Virus record (IMG/VR): IMGVR_UViG_3300046787_000200
Location: 1 to 64,000 of that record
Length of the DNA stretch: 64,000 bases
Direction: 5' to 3' (one strand)
The notes beneath the pieces are model-generated. The model did no database searches and was not told the DNA's origin. It worked only from the letters and a program-made list of their open reading frames with translations. Shown in pieces: positions 18,026 to 27,088 of the stretch (position 1 is its first letter; each line of letters starts with the position of its first letter). The position numbers were made by a program, and so were the translations under genes.

Positions 18026-18931
18026 TTATTCCTCATATACTGTACTACTTGAGCCGGAACCTTGTCTAGACCAACTTGGATTCAATCCATTTAATTCTAA
18101 AATATCATCACGTATATTTTGATTGCGTTTTTCGGTATTCAATACACGACAGAAACTATTTGTTATAGCAGCCGTATAATAAGCGAATGGGTTAGCAGAT
18201 TTAGCTTCATTGAAACGTAAGCCAACATAGGTTAACTGCAAGATAGCACTGTTACGCATTTCATCATTATATGTATATCCACGCCAATTATACTTCATAG
18301 CGTATTTTTCGCACATCATAATGTACATACGGGCAAGTTTGTTAGTAACTTGTCCGTGATCTTTACTGAATTCACCGGTCTCTAAATCACCTTTCCAATG
18401 ACTTTTACCTATGCATTGAAATGTATTAGTTTCATCTAATTTATAATGTTGGAATGGTGGGAAATTAACTTTGACATGGACCATGTCATCTACTTCAGCT
18501 TTGGTTGTAGTATCTTCTAAATCAGCAAAAATCTCATCTGGATCTGGTTCCTCGAACTCAAATATATCTTTTGCTGTTTTCTTTTTAACTGTTTTGCGGG
18601 GTTGTTTTGGTGCAACTGGAACATGATCCCAAGTCATTACACGAAATACCAAATCTTTAATATCTATTGAATCTGGACTAACTGCATCTTTACTGCCTTG
18701 TTCTAAACTAAGACGTAATGCTCTAGTTTCTTTTGCTTGTTGTATTGTTTCTGGTTTATATGCATAAGCTAAACTTTCTTCAATACTAGCTTGCGGCATA
18801 TCTACAATGAAATCGTAGCGATGAAATTCTGGTTTAGTAAAGTAGCAATATGCGTTTTTGCTTTCATGTATCTCTTTTAAAATGTCTTTATTATTTAAAT
18901 AGTTGACAGGTTTGCGTGATGGTAGGCTCAT
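18026..18931 (-). CDS. gp55: Late-transcription sigma factor, gp55-like
   Basis: VNYLNNKDIL start, NWRGYTYNDEM, FNEAKSANPFAYYTAAITNSFCR. Confidence 0.85.
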   Translation of the reverse strand: MSLPSRKPVNYLNNKDILKEIHESKNAYCYFTKPEFHRYDFIVDMPQASIEESLAYAYKPETIQQAKETRALRLSLEQGSKDAVSPDSIDIKDLVFRVMTWDHVPVAPKQPRKTVKKKTAKDIFEFEEPDPDEIFADLEDTTTKAEVDDMVHVKVNFPPFQHYKLDETNTFQCIGKSHWKGDLETGEFSKDHGQVTNKLARMYIMMCEKYAMKYNWRGYTYNDEMRNSAILQLTYVGLRFNEAKSANPFAYYTAAITNSFCRVLNTEKRNQNIRDDILELNGLNPSWSRQGSGSSSTVYEE

Positions 18932-18956
18932 AGTTCTCCGTTATTATGTTGATGTA

Positions 18957-18985
18957 AGTATAGCATTATTGTTGCTGAAAAGCAA
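18957..18985 (-). promoter_or_regulatory. Sigma70-type promoter for gp55
   Basis: Minus strand TTGCTT-17 nt-TATACT, followed by a GGAG RBS before the ATG at 18931. Confidence 0.7.
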
Positions 18986-19020
18986 CGATTTTGTGAGGGA
19001 AAGGGTAAAAACAGCACTTT

Positions 19021-19036
19021 TATTTAGTGCTAAATA
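19021..19036. promoter_or_regulatory. Back-to-back late-type promoter boxes (TATTTAG-TG-CTAAATA)
   Basis: Two inverted CTAAATA boxes between the divergent gp55 gene and the baseplate operon. Confidence 0.6.
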
Positions 19037-19058
19037 TAAGTAAGGATAACAACATATT

Positions 19059-20402
19059 ATGGCATCACAAGCTCAATTAGAAGCCGATATCGCTTTGGCA
19101 AAGGCGCAAGTAGCAACACTAGAACTTCAACTAGATGCAGCCGCTGGATCACCAAATCCAGATCCGGCAGTAATTGCTGATATTGAAAGAAGTTTGACTA
19201 TTGCAAAAAATTATCTAACCCAGTTACAAAATGAATTAAACCTTCTTAATACTGCATCTGATCCAAACACAAACATAGGAACTGAAGCACAAACGGTAGA
19301 AACTCAACAAACAATTAATACAGATAGTGATCCTAATTTAAATGCGAATGCCGGGGCAGTTCCCGGAACCGATATTGCAATACAAAAACAAGCAGAAGAC
19401 CTAGCGTTTAATGAGCCTGCAGGTAACAGTGATATTGAAAATTACGAACCAACTCCAATCACGGAAGAAGATCCTTTTGAGGCAGCTAGATTGGCAGCAG
19501 AAGAACGAAGCAACGAAGCTAATACGCAGGCTGCGATTGATGCAGTTAATCAATCAGTCCCTAAAGGTATCTCCACCGCATTAAACAATACACGTTCAAC
19601 TGCAACTAAAGATGATAGTGTTAACTTTCAACAAAAACCAGATTGGCGAGCAAGATTAAGTTTAGCCCCAAACGCAAACTACTTATATAAAGTTCCAAAA
19701 GAACAAGCAGGCATACTAGCACCATTACAATCTACAGATGGTGTTATATTTCCGTATACACCTGCAATTTCAGTAACATACAGTGCAGGATATGATGCTA
19801 GCGATCTAGTTCATAGTAACTACAAAGTATATCAATATAAAGGTAGTAGTGTAGACACTGTTTCAATTACGGCTGACTTCACTGCACAAGATACAACAGA
19901 AGCTAATTACTTGTTAGCCGTCATACACTTTTTCCGTAGTGTAACTAAGATGTTTTATGGACAGGATCAGAATCCAAATAACGGTGTTCCTCCTCCATTG
20001 TGTTATTTAAGTGGCTTTGGTGCATATACATTTGATTCGCATCCTTTAGTCGTAACTAACTTTACATATACAACTCCAACAGATGTAGATTATATACGTG
20101 CTGGCAGTCAGACAAATCAACCGGGTGTTAATATTTCCCAACAAAATAACATATTAAATAGTTTTGTTCCTAGTGTAGTAAGAACAGTTATTAATGGTTT
20201 ATCTCCTAAATTACCTAACTTCTCAACACAGAACTCAATGATTAATAGTGAAGCAACATATGTACCTACTAAATTACAATTGCAAATCACTTGCATACCT
20301 ATTGTTACTAGAAATGATATCAGTAATAAGTTTAGTTTAAAAGAGTATGCGACAGGTGCATTATTGCGTGGTAGCAAACGTTCAGGTGGAGGTATTTGGT
20401 AA
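19059..20402 (+). CDS. Tail-tube initiator / baseplate protein (gp48/gp54-like fold) with N-terminal extension
   Basis: C-terminal GVIFPYTP...PPPLCYLSGFG...VVTNFTY...DVDYI tube-like pattern; directly precedes a gp53-like gene. Confidence 0.55.
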   Translation: MASQAQLEADIALAKAQVATLELQLDAAAGSPNPDPAVIADIERSLTIAKNYLTQLQNELNLLNTASDPNTNIGTEAQTVETQQTINTDSDPNLNANAGAVPGTDIAIQKQAEDLAFNEPAGNSDIENYEPTPITEEDPFEAARLAAEERSNEANTQAAIDAVNQSVPKGISTALNNTRSTATKDDSVNFQQKPDWRARLSLAPNANYLYKVPKEQAGILAPLQSTDGVIFPYTPAISVTYSAGYDASDLVHSNYKVYQYKGSSVDTVSITADFTAQDTTEANYLLAVIHFFRSVTKMFYGQDQNPNNGVPPPLCYLSGFGAYTFDSHPLVVTNFTYTTPTDVDYIRAGSQTNQPGVNISQQNNILNSFVPSVVRTVINGLSPKLPNFSTQNSMINSEATYVPTKLQLQITCIPIVTRNDISNKFSLKEYATGALLRGSKRSGGGIW

Positions 20403-20710
20403 TGGCTAATAGTTTATATCCAGCAACAAGCCCATACTACGCAACAGGTGTAGTTAATGGTAGATTTTTAGATGTATTAATAGATCGTCCTATACCTAAA
20501 TTAGGTAGTGATAGATATTGGGAGATAACTCAAACGTATAACTTACGCCCTGATATGCTAGCATATGACTTATATAGTAATCCAAAGTTATGGTGGGTAT
20601 TTGCAAGTAGAAATCCGAATACATTGAAAGATCCTTTCTTTGATTTTACTGCAGGTACAAGTATCTATTTGCCAGAAGCGTCAACGCTAAAACAAGTATT
20701 AGGTATATAA
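20396..20710 (+). CDS. gp53: Baseplate wedge protein, gp53/LysM-like
   Basis: YNLRPDMLAYDLYSNPKLWWVFASRNP motif. Confidence 0.8.
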   Translation: MVMANSLYPATSPYYATGVVNGRFLDVLIDRPIPKLGSDRYWEITQTYNLRPDMLAYDLYSNPKLWWVFASRNPNTLKDPFFDFTAGTSIYLPEASTLKQVLGI

Positions 20711-23365
20711 ATGGCAATAACATTTGATGAGTTTGGTAATATAGTATCATCTACTCCTGACAATAATGATTTAGGAGGCACTGAAGGTGACGGCGAGTAT
20801 AGTTATGATGCTAACTATGCTGCCAATTATGCCGCCAAAGAAAATAATGCTACTGCTGTCGGTAGTAATGAGATGGAAACTCTTAATGAGAGTTATGCAG
20901 GTCAAACACAAGCAGGTAAAGCACAAGCCCCTGCAGGTAATACTGTAGTTAATAAAAGCGTAGGCACAGGTCCAACACCGGGCAGTAGATTACAAAACCC
21001 ATTAGGTAATTTTAGTAGTTATACATATCAATTAAGCTTGTATATGATAACACCTGACGCATATGATGCATTCCAATTATCAGGAAGAAAGAACATTAAT
21101 GCGCTAAGTGCAAAAGATAGTAATGGTCAAGCAACCAATGGTGGTGCATTCTTAATTGCACAATCAGGTGGTATTAATAATAAAACTAGCCAACGTGCTC
21201 CTGGATTTGAATTAGATTATTATATTGATGATTTAAAAATCAAAACTGCAGTTAACGGTAAAAGCACACAAACAGCGTCTAACGTAACTGCTATTTCATT
21301 TAACATATATGAACCGTATGGATTCTCTTTTATTACCAAACTTAAAAGAGCAAATGATGCATTAAAAAAGAATAGCAAGTTAAAGAATTACGACAAAGCA
21401 ATGAATGCAAGCAAGCAATTCTTTATTTTGGGTATTAGATTTCAAGGATATGATAAGAATGGTAATATAGCAAATGCCAGTGAAGTATTTTCTGATGACA
21501 CATTTAATGCTAGTCCGGACGCCAGCGGTGTATATGAAAGATTTTATGATATTATTTTAACTTCTATGAAGTTTAAAATTAATGGTGGTGCAACAACATA
21601 TAACATATCAGCGGCAATTATATCTACGAGTGTAGCATTGGGAACAGCTAAAGGTGTAGCGGATAACAATGTACCTATAGTAGCTAGCACAGTAAAAGAA
21701 GCATTAGAAGGTGAAGGTGATGGTATTACTAGTTTGTTGAAAACGATAAATGAAAATCAGCAAACATTAAAATCACAAGGATCAATTGAAATACCAAATG
21801 TGTATAAAGTTAGATTCTTAGGTGATACTAATCTTATACAAAGTGCTAGTTTAATCAGTAAAGCCGATCCGGATAAAAGCAAACTACCTATGGGTAGAGC
21901 AGATAATAGTAATGAAGTCAATGAAGGTACTAGTGTAAAAGCTACACCTGATATTACTAAAAGATTAATAACCATTAAACAAGGTACACCTATACCACAG
22001 GCTATCAACAACATTATAAAACAAAGTTCATATATGGAAGATGCACTTAAAGTTATATTTGTTGCCAGTGAAACACCTGATCCAGATACAAATAGTCCGG
22101 AAGTTGTTAAAAAGAAAGATATTCCACCTGTTAAATGGTATAACTTAAGTACAGAAATTAAAACATTAGGCTTTGATACTAAAGTAGGTGGGTTTGCATA
22201 TGAAATTACATACGTGATACAACCATATGAAACACCTGCAGCCTTCTCTCCATATACAAAGTCAAGTAAGTATTATGGTCCGCACAAACGTTATGAATAT
22301 TGGTTTACTGGAAAGAACAGTGAAATCTTATCATACGAACAGACCATGGATAATACATACTTCAATGTAGCATTGACACCTAACGGAGATCCAGCAAGTC
22401 AAGGCGGTGGTGCTAATATTCCAACTGAGCCAAACAAAAAACAAAACCAAGACAGTCAAGGTAGGGTCGATGCAGGTATGGAAGCACAAAATGCTTACAT
22501 GACTAGTTTATATGATCCTGGCGCATATGCAAAAGCTAAAGTTAGTATATTAGGAGATCCTGATTACTTAGCACAAGAAACTCCATCAAGTATCAATCAA
22601 GTTTATAATCAATTTTATGGTAGTGATGGGTTTACTATCAATCCTAACGGTGGACAAGTATTTGTTGAAATAGATTTTAAAGAAGCAATTGACTATGATA
22701 ACAGTGATGGCTTATTAGACATTAACGGATCTATATACTTTTGGAATTACCCAGCATCAGTAGCTAATAAGATTAAAGGTGTTAGTTATATGGTTACTGA
22801 AATAGAACATTATTTTAAGGGCGGTAAATTTACACAAACCTTATCAATGAATATCAATGATTTCCCAGGAGTGTTGGGCACACCCGCATCAGCCTCAGGT
22901 GGACGATCAAATGCAACGACTACTACTGCCGCTAGCTCCGGCGTCGCATTAACTACTGAGAATGCGGCTAATGCGAGAACAGCATTTGCGGCAAATGATC
23001 CTAGACGTATTGACTTAGCAAGTTCTGATGTACGATCAGGTAATAACCAAGACGGAGAAGGAGCTACACCAAGCAGTGGTTCTACTACTAGTTTTGGTAC
23101 TGGCTACTCACCCGACAACGAATTTTCGGGAGTTGATGAACAAGTATTAGCAATGCAACAAACGCCAGACAATGATCTTTTCTTTGATACTACACCAAGT
23201 CCAACACAAACTGAAAGTACTATTCAAGGTGTAGCTAATGATGATAGCGTTCAGAATGCAGGACAAACACAAAACGGTGTTGCTAACTCACAAAGCCCAG
23301 ATGCAGGTAGAGAAACAGAAAACACAACATTACTTACTGGTGCAAGACCAGGTGAAGGTGCATAA
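20711..23365 (+). CDS. Baseplate hub protein (gp27-like position) with disordered termini
   Basis: Between gp53 and gp5; NPLGNFSSYTYQLSLY start of the folded part and ILGDPDY...FKGGKFTQTL hub-like end. Confidence 0.55.
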   Translation: MAITFDEFGNIVSSTPDNNDLGGTEGDGEYSYDANYAANYAAKENNATAVGSNEMETLNESYAGQTQAGKAQAPAGNTVVNKSVGTGPTPGSRLQNPLGNFSSYTYQLSLYMITPDAYDAFQLSGRKNINALSAKDSNGQATNGGAFLIAQSGGINNKTSQRAPGFELDYYIDDLKIKTAVNGKSTQTASNVTAISFNIYEPYGFSFITKLKRANDALKKNSKLKNYDKAMNASKQFFILGIRFQGYDKNGNIANASEVFSDDTFNASPDASGVYERFYDIILTSMKFKINGGATTYNISAAIISTSVALGTAKGVADNNVPIVASTVKEALEGEGDGITSLLKTINENQQTLKSQGSIEIPNVYKVRFLGDTNLIQSASLISKADPDKSKLPMGRADNSNEVNEGTSVKATPDITKRLITIKQGTPIPQAINNIIKQSSYMEDALKVIFVASETPDPDTNSPEVVKKKDIPPVKWYNLSTEIKTLGFDTKVGGFAYEITYVIQPYETPAAFSPYTKSSKYYGPHKRYEYWFTGKNSEILSYEQTMDNTYFNVALTPNGDPASQGGGANIPTEPNKKQNQDSQGRVDAGMEAQNAYMTSLYDPGAYAKAKVSILGDPDYLAQETPSSINQVYNQFYGSDGFTINPNGGQVFVEIDFKEAIDYDNSDGLLDINGSIYFWNYPASVANKIKGVSYMVTEIEHYFKGGKFTQTLSMNINDFPGVLGTPASASGGRSNATTTTAASSGVALTTENAANARTAFAANDPRRIDLASSDVRSGNNQDGEGATPSSGSTTSFGTGYSPDNEFSGVDEQVLAMQQTPDNDLFFDTTPSPTQTESTIQGVANDDSVQNAGQTQNGVANSQSPDAGRETENTTLLTGARPGEGA

Positions 23366-26300
23366 TGGCAAATAATATTTTTAAACCCAGAGGCGCAACA
23401 AGCGCAAATAAATTAGGTGCAGGTGGCGCCGTAGTTAGTCCTGTACCTGTATTTGGAGTAGTAAAAGATAACATAGACCCTATCCGTTCAGGTAGATTAC
23501 GAGTATATGTTAGTGATATGGGAGGTACTGATCCTGATGATAGTAATAGTTGGGTAACGGTAAACTATATGACACCTTTCTATGGCTCAACCGAAGCAAC
23601 CGGTGACAAGACAGGATATGGTACATACAAACAAAATCCTATTAGCTATGGTATGTGGACTAGCCCACCAGATGTAGGTACTACTGTTATTTGTCTATTT
23701 GTTAACGGTGATCCTAACTATGGATATTGGATAGGATGTGTTCCTCAACCAGAAGCATTATATATGGTTCCTGCTAATGGCTCATCTGAGACTGCAGTTC
23801 TTAATCAGAATGAAGCAAACAGTTATGGTGGTGCAAAGAAATTACCAGTAACTAATATCAACACAAACAATGATAAGATTAACAATAGCGCATTATTCTT
23901 TAATGAACCTAAACCAGTAAACAGTTATCTTGCAGGTGTATTAGCACAACAAGGTTTGATTAGAGATACAATTAGAGGTACAATAGGAACATCTGCACAA
24001 CGTGAAAGTCCAAGTCGTGTTGGATGGGGTGTTAATACTCCAGGTAGACCAATATATGAAGGCGGATTTACTGATGAAACTATTGCTGATGCCGCAACGG
24101 GCCAAGGAGAACAAGGTAATTTAAAGATTACTTCACGTAGAGTTGGTCACAGTATTGTAATGGATGATGGTGATCTATTAGGTAGAGATCAACTAATTAG
24201 ATTACGTAGTAGTTTAGGTCATCAGATATTAATGAGTGATGACGGTCAAACCTTATTCATCATTCACGCTAACGGACAAAGTTATATTGAGTTAGGTAAA
24301 GAAGGTACAATTGATATGTATTCTACTAACTCAGTAAACATACGAACACAAGGTGATCTTAACTTACATGCAGACAACAATATTAATATGCACGCCAAAA
24401 AAGATTTTAATTTTTACGGTGAAAATATTAATCTAAACAGTGATAAGAAAACTAATTTTAGAATTGGTACAGATTACAATATACAATCATTAGGCAAATA
24501 CACATTGAAAGTTGGTAGCGGAATGAGTCTTGCTAGTTCAGGTGAAGCAAGTTTTGCTAGTTCTGCGGTCACGTTTGTAAATGGTAGTAAAATCAATTTA
24601 AATACTGGCTCAGCAAGTTTAGTTCCGCAAGAAGTTAAACCATTGACTACAGTTGCACATACTGATACATTGCATGACAAAGCAAAAGGCTGGGCGGCAG
24701 CACCGGGTACATTATTAAGTATTACTACTCGTGCACCGGCTCACTCACCATGGAGTAATGCAAATCAAGGGGTAGATGTTAAAGTAGATAATAGTGCAAG
24801 CGCAAACTTCCCTAGTGCTCCTAGTCCTGCAGTAGCCGCAACTAATGCAAGTGTACCCGGCACACCCACTGCACCAGTTGCACCTAGTGTAGCATCTACT
24901 GTTCCAGTGACCGGAGCAGTAAGTAAAGCAATAGGTCCAAACGCTACTAACGCTTTAGTTGGCGCAGCCGCAACAGCCGCACAAGTTGGTCCTGCAGCCG
25001 CTGCCGTTAAAGCAGGTGCAGGTATCGTTCAAACTGCAGGTGGTGCAGTACCTGCAATTGGTAAAATGGCACAGACACCACAGCAAATGGAAGCAGCCGG
25101 AGTTTTGAAACCGGGTAGTGCGGTACTAATTAACTCATTAGTAAGTTCAGGTAAAACAATTGAACAAGCAATGACACAGAATTTATTTACAGGCAAGCCG
25201 GGTGCAGAAAATGTTGCAAAGTATATTAATAATCCTACAGCACAGGTTCAAACTCAAGTTGCTAATTATCAACAAGCACAAACCCAATTAACACAAGCTG
25301 GAGTCATAACAGGTAATGAAGCCGATGGTCAAATTGCAGGTCTAGTCAATGCTACTGCAAGCGTTGGTTTAACAACTACAGTTAACTATTTAAAAACTGC
25401 ATCCGGTGGAGTATCAGGTGCAGTAACACAAGGTGGTAAGGCAATAAATCAAATGTTAGGGGACGTAACTAGTACTATATCATCAGGTAACTATGCCGCT
25501 AATATGGGTGCAGTGGTAACAGGTGGATTAAGTTCTATTGCAACTTCACTGTCAGGAATTAAAAAAGGTATTGGTGTTGGAATAAGTGGGTTATTAGATA
25601 GTGCAAAAGGAGTTGCTGGATCTGCGTTTTATGCGATCACTAGAGGCTTCCCAACACTTAAAGCAGGTGAGCCACAGAACTTAAAACAAATCGCTGAAAA
25701 AGCTATTGCAGATGTTCAATCTTCTGGAACAGTTCCAAGTAGTGTAGCTGATGTTGCTAATGCAGCCGCAATTAATTCAGGAATCAATGCTGACGCTATA
25801 GCATCAGGAGCAGCCTCATCAGCTATTAACGGATCAACTAGTATTAATACTGCTATAACAACTGGAGTGGGAACGGTTACTAACATTGTAAGTGCTACAG
25901 AAAATGCCGCAAGTGCAGTTAGTGCGACACTACCAGCAAGCGCATCAAGTGGATTAAGTGGATTACCCGGAGCACAGAATGCAGTGGCAACTGTAGTTAA
26001 AGGAGTACCTACTGTATTGCCAGGTGCAGGTAACATAACAAGTGCAATAACTCAAGTTACTTCTTCTATAAGTACAGGTATATTATCTGGAACTGCTAGT
26101 ACATTGATAAACAAACTTAAGGTGCCGGGAGCATCATTATTGGGATTAGCCAATACTGGACTCAGTCCGGCATTATCAGCAAAGCTTACGTCAGCAATAT
26201 CTTCATTAAGTTCAGGTGGTTCAGTACCTGTCATATTACCAGTAGTAGGTGAAGGTACTAACAATCGTACGGATTTAGCTAAGAATTTCACAGATGCGTT

Positions 26301-26571
26301 AAATGATCCTAAGATACCTGCACCAAACTATAGTGGAAACCCCGCAACAACGGGTGAAACTGCTGGTACAGAAGCTCTTAGTAAGAAGATTGCTGAACAG
26401 AGAGAATTAACTGAAAAGGTGTTTGCTAAAGTTGCAGAAGTCAGAGAAGCTAGATTAGCATTTACTAAAGCAAAAAATGAACTTCCTGCAGGTGATCCTC
26501 AAATTAATGAATTGAGAAATAAATGGCTTGCACTATCAGATGAGTTAGCCGCCCTAGAAACAGTAGCATAA
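23365..26571 (+). CDS. gp5: Central spike, gp5/VgrG-like, with a long C-terminal extension
   Basis: OB-fold GVVKDNIDPIRSGRLRVY...PPDVGTTVICLFVNGD, then GHSIVMDDG and beta-helix repeats ending GSKINLN. Confidence 0.8.
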   Translation: MANNIFKPRGATSANKLGAGGAVVSPVPVFGVVKDNIDPIRSGRLRVYVSDMGGTDPDDSNSWVTVNYMTPFYGSTEATGDKTGYGTYKQNPISYGMWTSPPDVGTTVICLFVNGDPNYGYWIGCVPQPEALYMVPANGSSETAVLNQNEANSYGGAKKLPVTNINTNNDKINNSALFFNEPKPVNSYLAGVLAQQGLIRDTIRGTIGTSAQRESPSRVGWGVNTPGRPIYEGGFTDETIADAATGQGEQGNLKITSRRVGHSIVMDDGDLLGRDQLIRLRSSLGHQILMSDDGQTLFIIHANGQSYIELGKEGTIDMYSTNSVNIRTQGDLNLHADNNINMHAKKDFNFYGENINLNSDKKTNFRIGTDYNIQSLGKYTLKVGSGMSLASSGEASFASSAVTFVNGSKINLNTGSASLVPQEVKPLTTVAHTDTLHDKAKGWAAAPGTLLSITTRAPAHSPWSNANQGVDVKVDNSASANFPSAPSPAVAATNASVPGTPTAPVAPSVASTVPVTGAVSKAIGPNATNALVGAAATAAQVGPAAAAVKAGAGIVQTAGGAVPAIGKMAQTPQQMEAAGVLKPGSAVLINSLVSSGKTIEQAMTQNLFTGKPGAENVAKYINNPTAQVQTQVANYQQAQTQLTQAGVITGNEADGQIAGLVNATASVGLTTTVNYLKTASGGVSGAVTQGGKAINQMLGDVTSTISSGNYAANMGAVVTGGLSSIATSLSGIKKGIGVGISGLLDSAKGVAGSAFYAITRGFPTLKAGEPQNLKQIAEKAIADVQSSGTVPSSVADVANAAAINSGINADAIASGAASSAINGSTSINTAITTGVGTVTNIVSATENAASAVSATLPASASSGLSGLPGAQNAVATVVKGVPTVLPGAGNITSAITQVTSSISTGILSGTASTLINKLKVPGASLLGLANTGLSPALSAKLTSAISSLSSGGSVPVILPVVGEGTNNRTDLAKNFTDALNDPKIPAPNYSGNPATTGETAGTEALSKKIAEQRELTEKVFAKVAEVREARLAFTKAKNELPAGDPQINELRNKWLALSDELAALETVA

Positions 26572-26590
26572 ATATTATATAGGATAAAAC

Positions 26591-27040
26591 ATGCCAACAT
26601 ATGTAGGATTTTCAACGATCGGGGCGAATGAGCCAAAGACCACTAATGCATCGACCGGCATTGACGGTGGTGTAGGTGGAGTTTTAAAGCCGGTTGTTCC
26701 TGGTAAGAAATATCGTTTAGTAGACGAACCTTTAGTTGTTAGAGACTTTATCAATGCACTAAACATTCAACAAGGTCAGAAAGTTGGCAATCCTGGATAT
26801 GGTTCTACTATTTGGAGCTATATATTTGAGCCAAATGATCCTCAAACACGCCTACGTATAGAAAACGAAATACGTAGAATCGCTAGTAACGATCCTAGAC
26901 TTATTATCAATACAGTAAAAAGTTATGAGCAAGATAACGGCATTCTATTAGAAGTAGAATTAGCTATAGCACCCTTCAACAATGCTGAAATACTAAACGT
27001 TTTCTTCAACAATTTAACTAATACAGCTACCGTACAATAA
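26591..27040 (+). CDS. gp25: Baseplate wedge subunit, gp25-like
   Basis: LNIQQGQKVGNPGYGSTIWSYIFEP...DPRL motif. Confidence 0.9.
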   Translation: MPTYVGFSTIGANEPKTTNASTGIDGGVGGVLKPVVPGKKYRLVDEPLVVRDFINALNIQQGQKVGNPGYGSTIWSYIFEPNDPQTRLRIENEIRRIASNDPRLIINTVKSYEQDNGILLEVELAIAPFNNAEILNVFFNNLTNTATVQ

Positions 27041-27088
27041 CAAAAACCATGGTTTTCATTTAAGATAAATACTTAAAAGAGAATAACT

